Shown: positions 9,424 to 19,428, numbered from the stretch's first letter. The stretch: DNA of 64,000 nucleotides from an uncultured Neglectibacter sp. (GCF_937958185.1 NZ_CALFFN010000036.1), one strand, 5' to 3'. A program made the numbers and translations. Notes: a model not told the origin generated them from the sequence alone.

Positions 9424-9756
9424 AATCAATGATAGTTTGCACGCATGAAATGAGCAATGAGAAATGAGCAACGAGCAATTATTCACTCCTGATGGGAAAA
9501 CCGCAGGCCGCTTGCGGCTTTCCAGGCGGGATTGCAAAGGGGCGCAGCCCCTTTGCAAGAAAAAAGAAAGCTTGCGCAATAGAGCACCGGAGGTAGGCTG
9601 ACACTGAAATGCGCAACGGGTATCCCTGGCGAAAAGACTTACTTGCCCGCGGGGGCGCCCCGCTAAACTATCATTTATCTACACAGTTTTCGGTCGGGAG
9701 ACGCGCTTGAAAACAGTATTTTCTATCTTCCCGATTTGCCCGCGGGGGCGCCCCGC
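9424..9756. repeat. Composite intergenic element, copy 1 (16-bp inverted boxes, AATGAGC heptamer array, GC hairpins, 53-nt motif, 21-bp direct repeat)
   Basis: AATGATAGTTT (9428-9438) / AAACTATCATT (9665-9675) inverted repeat; heptamers 9449-9476; hairpin TTGCAAAGGGG-CGCAG-CCCCTTTGCAA 9532-9558; TTGCCCGCGGGGGCGCCCCGC at 9643-9663 and 9736-9756; 9688-9740 aligns ungapped to 38665-38717. Confidence 0.75.
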
Positions 9757-9806
9757 ATTTATTTTTTCTCAAACCGCGAAGCAACTGAAATCAGGGGGTG
9801 ACAGCC

Positions 9807-11135
9807 ATGGAGAAAGTCACGGTCGTCGGCGCGGGTCTGGCAGGCTGCGAGGCGGCGTGGCAGATCGCGGAGCAGGGCGTTCCTGTGGTTTTGTATGAGA
9901 TGAAGCCGCAGAAATTTTCCCCTGCCCACAAAAGCGCCGGGTTTGCCGAGCTGATCTGCTCCAATTCCCTGAAGGCGGCCCGGGTCGACAGCGCTGCCGG
10001 GCTTTTGAAGGAGGAAATGCGGCGCATGGGCTCCCTGCTGACGGAATGCGCCCAAAGGACAAGCGTTCCTGCCGGGGGCGCGCTGGCAGTGGATCGGGAC
10101 GAGTTTTCCCGATTGGCAACGGAGCGGCTGGAGCACCACCCGCTGATCGAGATTCGCCGGGAGGAGCTTACCGAGCTGCCGGGCGAGAACGAGGGTATCA
10201 CGGTGGTCGCCACAGGTCCCCTGACCTCTGAGCCGCTGTCGGAGAGTATCCGAAAGCTGTGCGAACAGACCTGCGGAGACGCCGCCGCGTTGAGCTTTTT
10301 TGACGCCGCCGCGCCTATTGTGTCCCGAGAAAGCCTGGACATGGAAAAATGCTTTTTTGCTTCCCGGTACGACAAGGGGGACAGCGACTACATCAACTGC
10401 CCCATGAACCGGGAAGAGTACGACCGCTTTGTAGAGGAGCTGGTGTCCGCCCAGCGCGCCCCGGTGCACAGCTTTGACGTGGCGTCTCCCAAGGTGTATG
10501 AGGGCTGTATGCCCATTGAGGTGCTGGCTTCCCGGGGGCACGACGCCATTCGGTTCGGTCCCATGAAGCCTGTGGGGCTTGTCGATCCCCGCACGGGTCA
10601 CCGTCCCTGGGCGGTGCTGCAATTGCGGACGGAGAATAGGGAAAACACCCTGTACAATCTGGTGGGCTTCCAGACCAATTTGAAGTTTGGCGAGCAGAAG
10701 CGGGTCTTTGGCATGGTGCCGGGGCTGGAACATGCGGAATTTGTCCGCTACGGGATCATGCACCGCAACACGTTTTTGAACTCCCCCAAGGTGCTGCATG
10801 CGGATTTTTCCTTCCGGCAGCGGAGGAACCTGTTCTTTGCCGGGCAGATCACCGGGGTGGAGGGATATATGGAGTCCGCCGCTTCCGGCATTCTGGCAGG
10901 GAAAAACGCCCTCCGGCGGCTGCGGGGAGAAGAACCGCTTATTTTGCCGGAAACCACCATGACGGGGGCGCTGAGCCACTATATCGCGGAATATTCCGGC
11001 AGGGATTTTCAGCCCATGGGGGCAAATTTCGGCGTACTGCCGCCGCTGCCGGAAAAGATCCGGGACAAGCGGGAACGGTACATGGCGCTGTCTCAGCGGG
11101 CGCTGCAGGCGCTGGGGACCGCGCTGGATTTTTAG
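9807..11135 (+). CDS. trmFO: Methylenetetrahydrofolate-tRNA-(uracil-54) methyltransferase
   Basis: VVGAGLAGCEAAWQ, ELICSNSL, FGPMKPVGL, YNLVGFQTNLKF, FAGQITGVEGY. Confidence 0.97.
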   Translation: MEKVTVVGAGLAGCEAAWQIAEQGVPVVLYEMKPQKFSPAHKSAGFAELICSNSLKAARVDSAAGLLKEEMRRMGSLLTECAQRTSVPAGGALAVDRDEFSRLATERLEHHPLIEIRREELTELPGENEGITVVATGPLTSEPLSESIRKLCEQTCGDAAALSFFDAAAPIVSRESLDMEKCFFASRYDKGDSDYINCPMNREEYDRFVEELVSAQRAPVHSFDVASPKVYEGCMPIEVLASRGHDAIRFGPMKPVGLVDPRTGHRPWAVLQLRTENRENTLYNLVGFQTNLKFGEQKRVFGMVPGLEHAEFVRYGIMHRNTFLNSPKVLHADFSFRQRRNLFFAGQITGVEGYMESAASGILAGKNALRRLRGEEPLILPETTMTGALSHYIAEYSGRDFQPMGANFGVLPPLPEKIRDKRERYMALSQRALQALGTALDF

Positions 11136-11154
11136 AATATCGGGAGGAAACCAA

Positions 11155-12162
11155 ATGAAGATCATTGTAGATGCTTTTGGCGGCGACAATGCCCCTGGGG
11201 AGATCCTGCTGGGCTGTGCCCAGGCAATGGACGAGCTGGGCATTGACATTGCGCTGATCGGCGACCGAGCCAGGCTGGAAGCCGCTGCCGGGGAGCTGGG
11301 GCTTTCCGACAGGCTTTCCCGCATGGAGATCATCGAGTGCGGCGATGTGCTCACCATGGAGGACGACCCCATGAGCGTCATCAAAGAAAAGACCGACAGC
11401 TCCATGGCAGTGGGGCTGCGGGCTTTGGCAGAGGGCAGGGGCGACGCCTTTGCCAGCGCCGGGAACAGCGGCGCTCTGGTGGTGGGAGCGACCACCATCG
11501 TCAAGCGCATCCGCGGTGTAAAGCGTGTTTCCTTTGCACCTATCCTGCCCAAGAAAAAGGGCTTCTTTATGCTGAACGACGGCGGCGCCAATGTGGACTG
11601 CCGCCCGGAAATGCTGCTACAATTCGGCTTGATGGGCTCGGAGTATATGAAAAAGGTCATGGGCGTGGAGAACCCCAGAGTGGGGCTTGCCAACGTGGGC
11701 ACCGAGCCCCATAAGGGCGACGATCTCCGCCGGGACGCTTACGCGCTGCTTTCCCAGTTCCCCGGGATCAATTTTGTGGGGAATGTGGAGCCAAGGGATA
11801 TCCCCGACGACGCCTGCGAGGTGGTGGTCACCGACGGCTTCACCGGGAACATGCTGCTGAAAATGTACGAGGGCGTTGCGCTGACCGTCATGGGGCTGGT
11901 GAAGGACGTGTTCCAGAAGAGCGTGAAGAACAAGCTTGCCGCCGGCATGGTATACGGCGACATGAAAGCCTTGAAAAAGCAGATAGATTATAACGAATAC
12001 GGCGGCGCTCCCATCATGGGCGCGACAAAGCCCGTGTTCAAGATTCACGGCAGCGCCAAAGCGTCCACCGTGAAAAGCGCCCTGCGCCTGACCCGGGACT
12101 ACACCCAGTCCGGCTTTACCGATGAGATCGGGCGCATTATAAAGGCGAGGAGCGCGGAATAG
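11155..12162 (+). CDS. plsX: Phosphate acyltransferase PlsX
   Basis: IIVDAFGGDNAP, SAGNSGA, DGGANVD, VVTDGFTGN, EYGGAP, KIHGS. Confidence 0.96.
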   Translation: MKIIVDAFGGDNAPGEILLGCAQAMDELGIDIALIGDRARLEAAAGELGLSDRLSRMEIIECGDVLTMEDDPMSVIKEKTDSSMAVGLRALAEGRGDAFASAGNSGALVVGATTIVKRIRGVKRVSFAPILPKKKGFFMLNDGGANVDCRPEMLLQFGLMGSEYMKKVMGVENPRVGLANVGTEPHKGDDLRRDAYALLSQFPGINFVGNVEPRDIPDDACEVVVTDGFTGNMLLKMYEGVALTVMGLVKDVFQKSVKNKLAAGMVYGDMKALKKQIDYNEYGGAPIMGATKPVFKIHGSAKASTVKSALRLTRDYTQSGFTDEIGRIIKARSAE

Positions 12163-12197
12163 GGGCAGGAAAAATTTTGTGGGAAAGGAGCTGTGCC

Positions 12198-12878
12198 ATG
12201 CGACCTTTGAAGGAATATGAAAAGCTGATCGGCTATGAGTTCAAGGAAAAGTATCTGCTGGAAACGGCATTGACCCATTCCTCTTACGCCAACGAGAAAA
12301 AATGTAAAAGCTATGAACGCCTGGAATTTTTGGGGGATTCGGTGCTGGGCTTTGTCACGGCGGAATATCTGTTTGCCAATTTCCCCAATCTGCCGGAGGG
12401 CGAGCTGACCAAGACCCGGGCGGCGCTGGTGTGCGAGCGTTCCCTTTGCAAATTTTCTCAGGAGCTGGAGGTGGGCAGCTTTCTGCGGCTGAGCCATGGG
12501 GAGATCAATTCCGGCGGCAGGGAACGCCCCAGCATTCTGGCAGATGTGTTTGAATCCACCACCGCCGCCATTTACCGGGACAGCGGCAGCCTGGACGAAG
12601 CAAAGAAATTCATTCTCCGCTTCATCGTCCCGGCGGCGAAATCTCAAAATACCAAGCCCTTTAAGGACTATAAAACCACCCTGCAGGAGATCGTGCAGCA
12701 GAACCCGGAGGAGCATTTGGAATACGTGGTCACAGGGGAAAGCGGACCCGACCACAACAAGCATTTTGTGGTGGAGGTCCATCTGAACAGCAACGTGATA
12801 GGAAAGGGCGGCGGCAGAAGCAAGAAGGAAGCGGAGCAGCAGGCCGCCAGAGAAGCGTTGGAGCTGATGGGCTATTGA
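12198..12878 (+). CDS. rnc: Ribonuclease III
   Basis: ALTHSSY, ERLEFLGDSVL signature, C-terminal dsRBD (DYKTTLQE..SKKEAEQQAA). Confidence 0.98.
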   Translation: MRPLKEYEKLIGYEFKEKYLLETALTHSSYANEKKCKSYERLEFLGDSVLGFVTAEYLFANFPNLPEGELTKTRAALVCERSLCKFSQELEVGSFLRLSHGEINSGGRERPSILADVFESTTAAIYRDSGSLDEAKKFILRFIVPAAKSQNTKPFKDYKTTLQEIVQQNPEEHLEYVVTGESGPDHNKHFVVEVHLNSNVIGKGGGRSKKEAEQQAAREALELMGY

Positions 12879-13873
12879 AGCATTCTAACATTGCCTTTTT
12901 TGTCCCCCACATCGGCTGCCCAAGGCAGTGCAGCTTCTGCAACCAGCACGCGATCACCGGCGGCGCCGCGCCGCCCACCCCGCAGGACGTGGAAGCGACC
13001 TGCCGCAGAGCCGCGGAGCAGCTGGGGGAAAACGTGAAAGAGACCCAGATCGCCTTTTTCGGCGGCAGCTTTACGGCGATCCCCCGGGAATACATGGTTT
13101 CCCTGCTGGAAGCGGCACAAAACGCCGTACAAACTTACGGCTTCCAGGGGATACGCTGCTCCACCCGCCCGGACGCCATCGACCGGGAAACCTTGGAACT
13201 GCTGCAAGGCTATGGCATGACCGCCATCGAGCTGGGGGCGCAGTCCATGAGCGACAAAGTGCTGGCGTTGAACCGCCGGGGACACACCGCCGCCCAGACC
13301 GTACAGGCAGCGGGGCTGATCCAGGACTTCGGCATGGAGATGGGATTACAGATGATGACCGGGCTTTACGGCGACACGGACGACCTTGCCTGCCAAACGG
13401 CGGAAAGCATGGTCGCGCTGCGCCCGGATACCGTCAGGATCTACCCCACCGTGGTGCTGCCCCACACCTATCTCGCGGAGCTGTACGGGCAGGGAAAGTA
13501 CCGCCCCCAAACCGTGGAGGAAGCAGTTTCCCTGTGCGCAAGGCTGCTGCCCCGGTTTGAGACCGCCGGGATCAGGGTGATCCGGGTGGGGCTTCACGCG
13601 GAGGAAAGCGTGGGCAGTCAAATGCTTGCCGGGGCATACCACCCGGCGTTCCGGGAGCTGGTGCAGAGCCGCATTTTTCTGGAACGGCTCTTGGAAAAAT
13701 TGGAACAGACCGGCGCGGGGAGCTATCTCGTCACGGTATGCCCGAGGGACATTTCCGTGGCGGTCGGGAATGGAAAAAGCAATGGAAAGCGCTTGCAAGA
13801 GCTGGGGTATCTGGTGACATTCCGGCAGGACGGCAGGCTGGGCAGGAACGAGTTTGTGATTGAAAAGCAATGA
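12875..13873 (+). CDS. Radical SAM protein (Elp3/YhcC-like)
   Basis: CPRQCSFC (CxxxCxxC), IAFFGGSFT, STRPD; TTG start overlaps rnc stop. Confidence 0.88.
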   Translation: MKHSNIAFFVPHIGCPRQCSFCNQHAITGGAAPPTPQDVEATCRRAAEQLGENVKETQIAFFGGSFTAIPREYMVSLLEAAQNAVQTYGFQGIRCSTRPDAIDRETLELLQGYGMTAIELGAQSMSDKVLALNRRGHTAAQTVQAAGLIQDFGMEMGLQMMTGLYGDTDDLACQTAESMVALRPDTVRIYPTVVLPHTYLAELYGQGKYRPQTVEEAVSLCARLLPRFETAGIRVIRVGLHAEESVGSQMLAGAYHPAFRELVQSRIFLERLLEKLEQTGAGSYLVTVCPRDISVAVGNGKSNGKRLQELGYLVTFRQDGRLGRNEFVIEKQ

Positions 13874-13916
13874 CAAGGGAACTGAATTTTAGTCAGGGGA
13901 AAGCAGGAGAGAGCTT

Positions 13917-16900
13917 ATGATACTGAAATCTTTGGAGCTGCAGGGGTTCAAGACCTTCCCGGATAAGACCACCCTGTCCTTTGAGCAGGGGGTCACCTCG
14001 GTAGTGGGACCCAACGGCAGCGGAAAAAGCAATATCAGCGACGCGATCCGCTGGGTGCTGGGGGAGCAGTCCGTCCGGGCGCTGCGGTGCTCTAAAATGG
14101 AGGACGTGATCTTTGGCGGCACCCCCCTGCGGAAAGCCATGGGCTATGCGGAGGTCACGCTGTCTATCGACAACACCGACCGCCGGCTGCCCTTTGACGA
14201 TGATGTTGTGGCGGTGACCCGGCGGTATTACCGTTCAGGGGAAAGCGAATATCTCATCAACAAGGCGACCGTGCGCCTGAAGGATATCAACGAGCTCTTT
14301 ATGGATACGGGCTTGGGACGGGACGGCTATTCCATGATCGGTCAGGGAAAGATCGACAGCATCGTAGCCGCCCGGTCCGAGGATCGCCGGGAGATTTTTG
14401 AGGAAGCGGCAGGGATTTCCCGCTACCGCTACCGCAAGGAGGAATCGGAACGCCGCCTGCAAAAGGCGGAGGAAAACCTGGTGCGCCTGCGGGATATCCT
14501 GGGCGAGCTGGAGGAGCGGGTAGAGCCTTTGCGCATTCAGGCGGAAAAGGCGGAAAAATTCATCGCCTACGATGAGGAAAAGAAGGGCCTGGAGATCGGC
14601 ATTTGGCTGGAAACCCTGTCCCATTCGGAAAAGATCCTCCGGGAGCACGGGGAGAAGATAGACCTGGCAAACGCCCGCCACGGGGAGATCGAAGAGGAAC
14701 TGGGACAGATCTCCGCCCGGATAGAAGCGAATTTCCGGGAGACCAACGACTGCACCGGGCAGATGGAGCAGGTGCGGACGGAAGCCGCTGCTCTGGACGA
14801 ACAGGCGGTGCGCACCGAGGGTGAGATCGACCTGCTGAAAAACGACATCGACCACGACCGCCGGGACAAGGAGCGGTTGGAGGAGCAGATCGGTCAGGCA
14901 AAGCAGTCCGATGAAGCCATCGACAGGGAAATTGCCGCGAAGCAGGAAGAAATCGCGGAAAAAAGCCGGAGAATTGAGGAAAGCAGAGACAAGCTGGTTT
15001 CCTTTACAGATACCTTAGAGCAGCTGCGGCAGGGGGCGGACGAAGCTACCCGGCAGATGGAGCAGGCGGCGGTGGAAGCCGCCCAGCGGAACGCGACCTT
15101 GTCCGAGGAACGCATTCGGCTGTCGTCTACCCAGTCTTCCATGGCGGAGATACGCCTGCGGGGCAGCGCGGTGGACGAAAGCGTGCGGCAGGCAAAGGAG
15201 CGGGAGACCGCCGCTCAAAAAACAGGGGAAGAGCTGGCACAGATGGTCGCCGATACGGAAGCTGCCATCTCTGCCGGGGAAAATACGGTAAAGGGCTATG
15301 AACTGCGGCTGGAGACCAGACAGAAGAAAGCGGCGGAAGCCAAGGAGCAGTGGGACAAGCTGACGCTGGACGCCAATGAACAGCTCCGCCGGGCAAGGCT
15401 GCTGGAGGATTTGGAGAGGAATTTGGAGGGCTTTGCCCAAAGCGTCAAAGCCGTGATGAAAGAAGCAGGCAGGGGAATGCTGTCCGGCGTGTGCGGTCCT
15501 GTTTCCCGGATCTTGCAGGTGCCGGGCGAATACGCCGTGGCGCTGGAAACCGCCCTGGGCGCCGCCATGCAGAATGTGGTGGTGGAAACGGAGCAGGACG
15601 CCAAAAACGCCATCAATCTTCTGAAGCAGCGCGACCTGGGGCGGGCGACCTTCCTGCCCCTGACCACCATTCGCGGCAGCGTGCTGGAAAAGCGGGAAAT
15701 GGAAGAGCTGCCCGGCTTTGTCGGCGTGGCTTCGGAGCTGTGTTCCTGCGAAAAAAAATACGACGGCATTCGGGATTCCCTGCTGGGCAGGGTGGCGGTG
15801 GCGGAAGACCTGGACAGCGCCGTTGCCATTGCCAAACGCACCAAATACAAATTCCGGATCGTCAGCCTGGACGGTCAGGTGGTCAATGCCGGCGGTTCTC
15901 TGACCGGCGGCTCCCGCGCGAAAAACTCCGGGCTTTTGAGCCGTGCGTCGGAGATACAGCGCATTCGGGAAAAGGCGGCGGCTCTGCAGAAGAAAGCGGA
16001 AGAAGCCCAGAATACCTATAAAGAGCGGCAGACCGAGCTTTCCTCCGGGGAAGCGGAGCTGCAAGCCGCCCGGGGCGAGCTTGCGGGCTTGCAGGAGGAA
16101 CGCATTAAGATCACTGCCGAATGCGCCCAGACCCAGCGGGAGCTGGAAGCTATCCGGCAGGAGGTGCAGAATCTGGAACGGGAAAAAACCGATTCCGCCG
16201 GGCGTTTGCAGGAGCTGGAAGCCCAGGAAAAGGACGCCCAGGCGAAAATCGAGGAATTGACCCGCCAGGTGGAGCAGGCGGAGGAAGAAAACAGCAAGCT
16301 AGCAGGCAGCCGGGAGGAACAGATGGCGCGGTGTGAAGACATTTCCCACACCATTCAGGAAATACGTTTAAGTGAGTTCTCCGCCCAGAAGGACAAGGAA
16401 ACGCTGGAAGCTGCCGTGGAGGAACTGAAAGCCAGAAAGCTGGATTCCGCCGGAGCGGCTGAGCGCCTGCGGGAGGAAGCGGCAGCTTTGGAGAGCCGGG
16501 CGGCGGAGTTGGCAGCACAGATAGAGACCTGCAAAGAGCGGGCAGCGGAATATCGGAAACAGGCGGAGGAAAAGCGCCAAAGCGTGCAGACCATCGCCGA
16601 AAGGCGCACCGCGCTGGAAAAGGAAGCCGGCGACCTGCGGGCAAAGGAGCGGGAGATCAGCCTGGAGCGGGAAAATATCGGGCACGAGCTGGCAAGGCTG
16701 CACGAGCGCTCCGACGGTCTCCAAAAGGAATACGATACCATCATCACCCGGCTGTGGGAGGATTACGAGCTGACCCGCCGGGAAGCAGAGGAGATCGGCA
16801 CGAAGATCGACGACCTGCCTGCCGCCCAGCGCACCCTTGCCGATTTGAAAAACAAGATCCGCGCCCTGGGCGTGGTAAACGTGGGCGCTGTGGTGGAATA

Positions 16901-17480
16901 CAAGGAAGTTTCTGAGCGGTACGAGTTTTTGAACGCGCAGGTGGGCGACGTGGAGAAGTCCAAAGCGGAGCTTTTGGACCTGATAGAAGACCTGACCAGG
17001 CACATGAAGGAGCAGTTCACCCTGCGGTTTGCGGAAATCAACAGCCATTTCGGCACGATCTTCCGGGAGCTGTTCGGCGGCGGCGCGGCGGAGCTTTCCT
17101 TTACCGACGAGGAGGACGTGCTCCATTCCGGCATTGAGATCAAGGTCCACCCGCCGGGGAAGATCGTCACCCATATCGAGTCCCTTTCCGGCGGCGAAAA
17201 GGCGCTGGTGGCCATTTCCATTTACTTTGCCATCATGCGGGTGAATCCCCCGCCCTTCTGTGTGCTGGACGAGATCGAAGCGGCGCTGGACGATGTGAAC
17301 GTCAACCGCTTTGCCCAATACTTACGCAGGATGAGCGGCAATTCCCAGTTCATTGCTATCACTCACCGCCGGGGCACCATGGAGGGCAGCGATATGCTCT
17401 ACGGCGTGACCATGCAGGACGAGGGTATTTCCAAGCTGCTGGCGCTGAAAACAGAGGAAGCGGCAGAGTTCTGTACATAG
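13917..17480 (+). CDS. smc: Chromosome segregation protein SMC
   Basis: GPNGSGKSN Walker A, long coiled coils, hinge GRATFLPL, LSGGEK, VLDEIEAALD. Confidence 0.98.
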   Translation: MILKSLELQGFKTFPDKTTLSFEQGVTSVVGPNGSGKSNISDAIRWVLGEQSVRALRCSKMEDVIFGGTPLRKAMGYAEVTLSIDNTDRRLPFDDDVVAVTRRYYRSGESEYLINKATVRLKDINELFMDTGLGRDGYSMIGQGKIDSIVAARSEDRREIFEEAAGISRYRYRKEESERRLQKAEENLVRLRDILGELEERVEPLRIQAEKAEKFIAYDEEKKGLEIGIWLETLSHSEKILREHGEKIDLANARHGEIEEELGQISARIEANFRETNDCTGQMEQVRTEAAALDEQAVRTEGEIDLLKNDIDHDRRDKERLEEQIGQAKQSDEAIDREIAAKQEEIAEKSRRIEESRDKLVSFTDTLEQLRQGADEATRQMEQAAVEAAQRNATLSEERIRLSSTQSSMAEIRLRGSAVDESVRQAKERETAAQKTGEELAQMVADTEAAISAGENTVKGYELRLETRQKKAAEAKEQWDKLTLDANEQLRRARLLEDLERNLEGFAQSVKAVMKEAGRGMLSGVCGPVSRILQVPGEYAVALETALGAAMQNVVVETEQDAKNAINLLKQRDLGRATFLPLTTIRGSVLEKREMEELPGFVGVASELCSCEKKYDGIRDSLLGRVAVAEDLDSAVAIAKRTKYKFRIVSLDGQVVNAGGSLTGGSRAKNSGLLSRASEIQRIREKAAALQKKAEEAQNTYKERQTELSSGEAELQAARGELAGLQEERIKITAECAQTQRELEAIRQEVQNLEREKTDSAGRLQELEAQEKDAQAKIEELTRQVEQAEEENSKLAGSREEQMARCEDISHTIQEIRLSEFSAQKDKETLEAAVEELKARKLDSAGAAERLREEAAALESRAAELAAQIETCKERAAEYRKQAEEKRQSVQTIAERRTALEKEAGDLRAKEREISLERENIGHELARLHERSDGLQKEYDTIITRLWEDYELTRREAEEIGTKIDDLPAAQRTLADLKNKIRALGVVNVGAVVEYKEVSERYEFLNAQVGDVEKSKAELLDLIEDLTRHMKEQFTLRFAEINSHFGTIFRELFGGGAAELSFTDEEDVLHSGIEIKVHPPGKIVTHIESLSGGEKALVAISIYFAIMRVNPPPFCVLDEIEAALDDVNVNRFAQYLRRMSGNSQFIAITHRRGTMEGSDMLYGVTMQDEGISKLLALKTEEAAEFCT

Positions 17481-17561
17481 CGGTTTGCCTTCAGATGCCC
17501 GCCGTTCTCTGGGAACGGGATATAATTCAAAAAAGCAAATCGGTATTTATGGAGGATATGA

Positions 17562-18110
17562 GTGAAGTCATTTGATGAACTGATTCTGGTGAATTATTGT
17601 TATCCAGATTGTATTCCATTAAAAAATATAATGCGGCTTCCACAAAAAGAAGCATTTGCATTGGCTTCTGCGTTTGCAGGATCACACCCGGAAACTACAG
17701 CCTTTTATCGATTTGCAGATTTTGAAAATTATTATGCATTACGAAAAAATCAAGATGAATATTTATATTCACGATTCCTTGAATTAGGCGGTACGCCGGA
17801 AGAAAAGCATCCACTCTCTTTTGTAATAGAAGGAAGCGATTATCTTCATGACTGGTTTGGAAAGGGAATAGAGTCCAGATTGCGTTTGCGGGATATCCGA
17901 CCGTGTCATATCAGTTTCACAATAGGGGACAGCAGGGCTGATTACAAGAAATACGGAAGGATAGAGTTACTGACAATGGAGGATATCAAAGAACAGCTGC
18001 TAAAGTATGGTAACGATTTTGACGCTTTTATGAAAGCAATAGGCAGGCATTACATAGAAGCACAGCTTTGGACAGACAAATATATTGCAGAGGAATATTT
18101 GATAAAATAG
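17562..18110 (+). CDS. Hypothetical protein, AT-rich (likely horizontally acquired)
   Basis: 182-aa ORF with GGAGG SD and upstream TATAAT (17521); visibly AT-richer than smc. Confidence 0.75.
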   Translation: MKSFDELILVNYCYPDCIPLKNIMRLPQKEAFALASAFAGSHPETTAFYRFADFENYYALRKNQDEYLYSRFLELGGTPEEKHPLSFVIEGSDYLHDWFGKGIESRLRLRDIRPCHISFTIGDSRADYKKYGRIELLTMEDIKEQLLKYGNDFDAFMKAIGRHYIEAQLWTDKYIAEEYLIK

Positions 18111-18160
18111 AATTGGATTTTTGATAAAATGGTTGCCTGGGAAAAAGGAGGTCCGCTTTT

Positions 18161-18796
18161 ATGGCGTTTGATTTTAAGAAAGAATACAAAGAGTTCTATT
18201 TGCCGAAGAACCGACCGGGAATCGTTACGGTTCCCAGGGCAAATTACATTGCCGTCCGCGGCGAGGGCGACCCCAATCAGGCGGGCGGCGCGTACCAGCA
18301 GGCAATCAGTGTTTTGTACGCCGTTGCCTATACGCTGAAGATGAGCTATAGATCCGACTATAAAATCGAGGGCTTTTTTGAATATGTGGTCCCACCGCTG
18401 GAGGGCTTTTGGTGGCAGGAAAATACAGTGGGCGCGGACTATGGAAAAAAGAACGGTTTTCACTGGATCTCTGTGATCCGGCTGCCCGATTTTGTAACGG
18501 AACGGGATTTCCAGTGGGCGGTGGAGACCGCGGCGAAAAAGAAAAAACTGGACTGCTCGGCGGCTGAATTTTTCACGGTGGAGGAAGGGCTTTGCGTGCA
18601 GATGATGCACGAGGGCGCTTTTGACGACGAACCGATGAGCGTTGCGCAGATGGACGCTTATTTGGAAGAGCATGGCTATGAAAACGACTTCGGCGGCGAG
18701 CGGCTCCATCATGAAATCTATCTGTCGGACCCGAGAAAAGCGCCGCCGGAGAAATGGAAAACTGTGATCCGCCACCCAATCAGGCGGAGACCGTGA
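18161..18796 (+). CDS. GyrI-like small-molecule-binding domain protein
   Basis: DFKKEYKEFYLP, GEGDPN, YVVPPLEGFWW, HHEIYLSDPRK; AGGAGG SD. Confidence 0.85.
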   Translation: MAFDFKKEYKEFYLPKNRPGIVTVPRANYIAVRGEGDPNQAGGAYQQAISVLYAVAYTLKMSYRSDYKIEGFFEYVVPPLEGFWWQENTVGADYGKKNGFHWISVIRLPDFVTERDFQWAVETAAKKKKLDCSAAEFFTVEEGLCVQMMHEGAFDDEPMSVAQMDAYLEEHGYENDFGGERLHHEIYLSDPRKAPPEKWKTVIRHPIRRRP

Positions 18797-18819
18797 AAGC
18801 GCAAAAAGGAGGAACTCAG

Positions 18820-19392
18820 ATGAAAACGGCAAAAAGGGAAAAGCTTGTTACCTTTTTCCTGTATCTCGTATTTGCGTTTTATCTGCTGCTCCTTTTTCTG
18901 ATCTTATTTCGGCAGCGCCATTCTGTCCGCTCCTTCAACCTGGTTCCTTTCCGCGGGATTTTCAGTTATTTGACAGGTATTGATCTGATATCCGGCACAG
19001 AAGACCCTGCATTTCTGCGGGGATTTGCCCTCAGTAATCTGTTGGGGAATATCGTGATCTTTATTCCCTTGGGTGTGTATTTTACTTTGCTGAATCCCAA
19101 AAAGGGGATTTGGAGAAACACTTTGCTGGTTATGGCAGTGAGCGCGGCGGTGGAGATGGTACAATTTGCCTTTCAGCTGGGAATCGGCGATGTCGATGAT
19201 GTGATCCTGAACGGCATAGGCGGCCTTTTGGGCGTGCTGCTGTGCAAAGGGCTCTACCGGCTGTGTAAAGAGGACGAAGCGGGGGTGCGCCGCGCGGTGG
19301 CGATTTTTGCCCCGATAGCAGGCGTTTTGAGCTTTGCGATCCTCATTTTGCAAAACTACGGGTCGGTTTTTCTGAATTTCATTTTCAAATAA
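18820..19392 (+). CDS. VanZ-family membrane protein
   Basis: NLVPF, NLLGNIVIFIPLG, EMVQF..G..DVDDVILNGIGG. Confidence 0.88.
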   Translation: MKTAKREKLVTFFLYLVFAFYLLLLFLILFRQRHSVRSFNLVPFRGIFSYLTGIDLISGTEDPAFLRGFALSNLLGNIVIFIPLGVYFTLLNPKKGIWRNTLLVMAVSAAVEMVQFAFQLGIGDVDDVILNGIGGLLGVLLCKGLYRLCKEDEAGVRRAVAIFAPIAGVLSFAILILQNYGSVFLNFIFK

Positions 19393-19428
19393 AGATTTCA
19401 CCTGAACAGGAGAAAGGGACGTGACAGT

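Noticed and set aside
7759..9579. Long antisense or alternate-frame ORFs (e.g. 260-1780, 7759-9579, 18904-20523, 27889-29658, 42719-44557, 56998-58614)
   Set aside because: They shadow well-supported genes and lack recognisable motifs; such ORFs are expected from GC-rich codon bias.
9449..9756. CRISPR array suggested by heptamer arrays and the 21-bp direct repeat
   Set aside because: Only two 21-bp copies, 72 nt apart; heptamers are contiguous without spacers; no cas genes.
9688..9760. HDV-like ribozyme reading of the minus-strand GGCAA...stem...CCGAAA motif
   Set aside because: The upstream part is a simple hairpin and I could not build the P1/P2/P3/P1.1 nested pseudoknot by eye. Kept only as an unassigned structured motif.
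12198..12878. rnc (and rnj) proximity as evidence of a functional link to the heptamer hairpins
   Set aside because: Both sit in standard housekeeping neighbourhoods, so co-location in a 64-kb window is not informative.
18820..19392. Glycopeptide-resistance cluster suggested by VanZ
   Set aside because: It is an isolated VanZ-family gene with no vanHAX or vanRS; the family is widespread.
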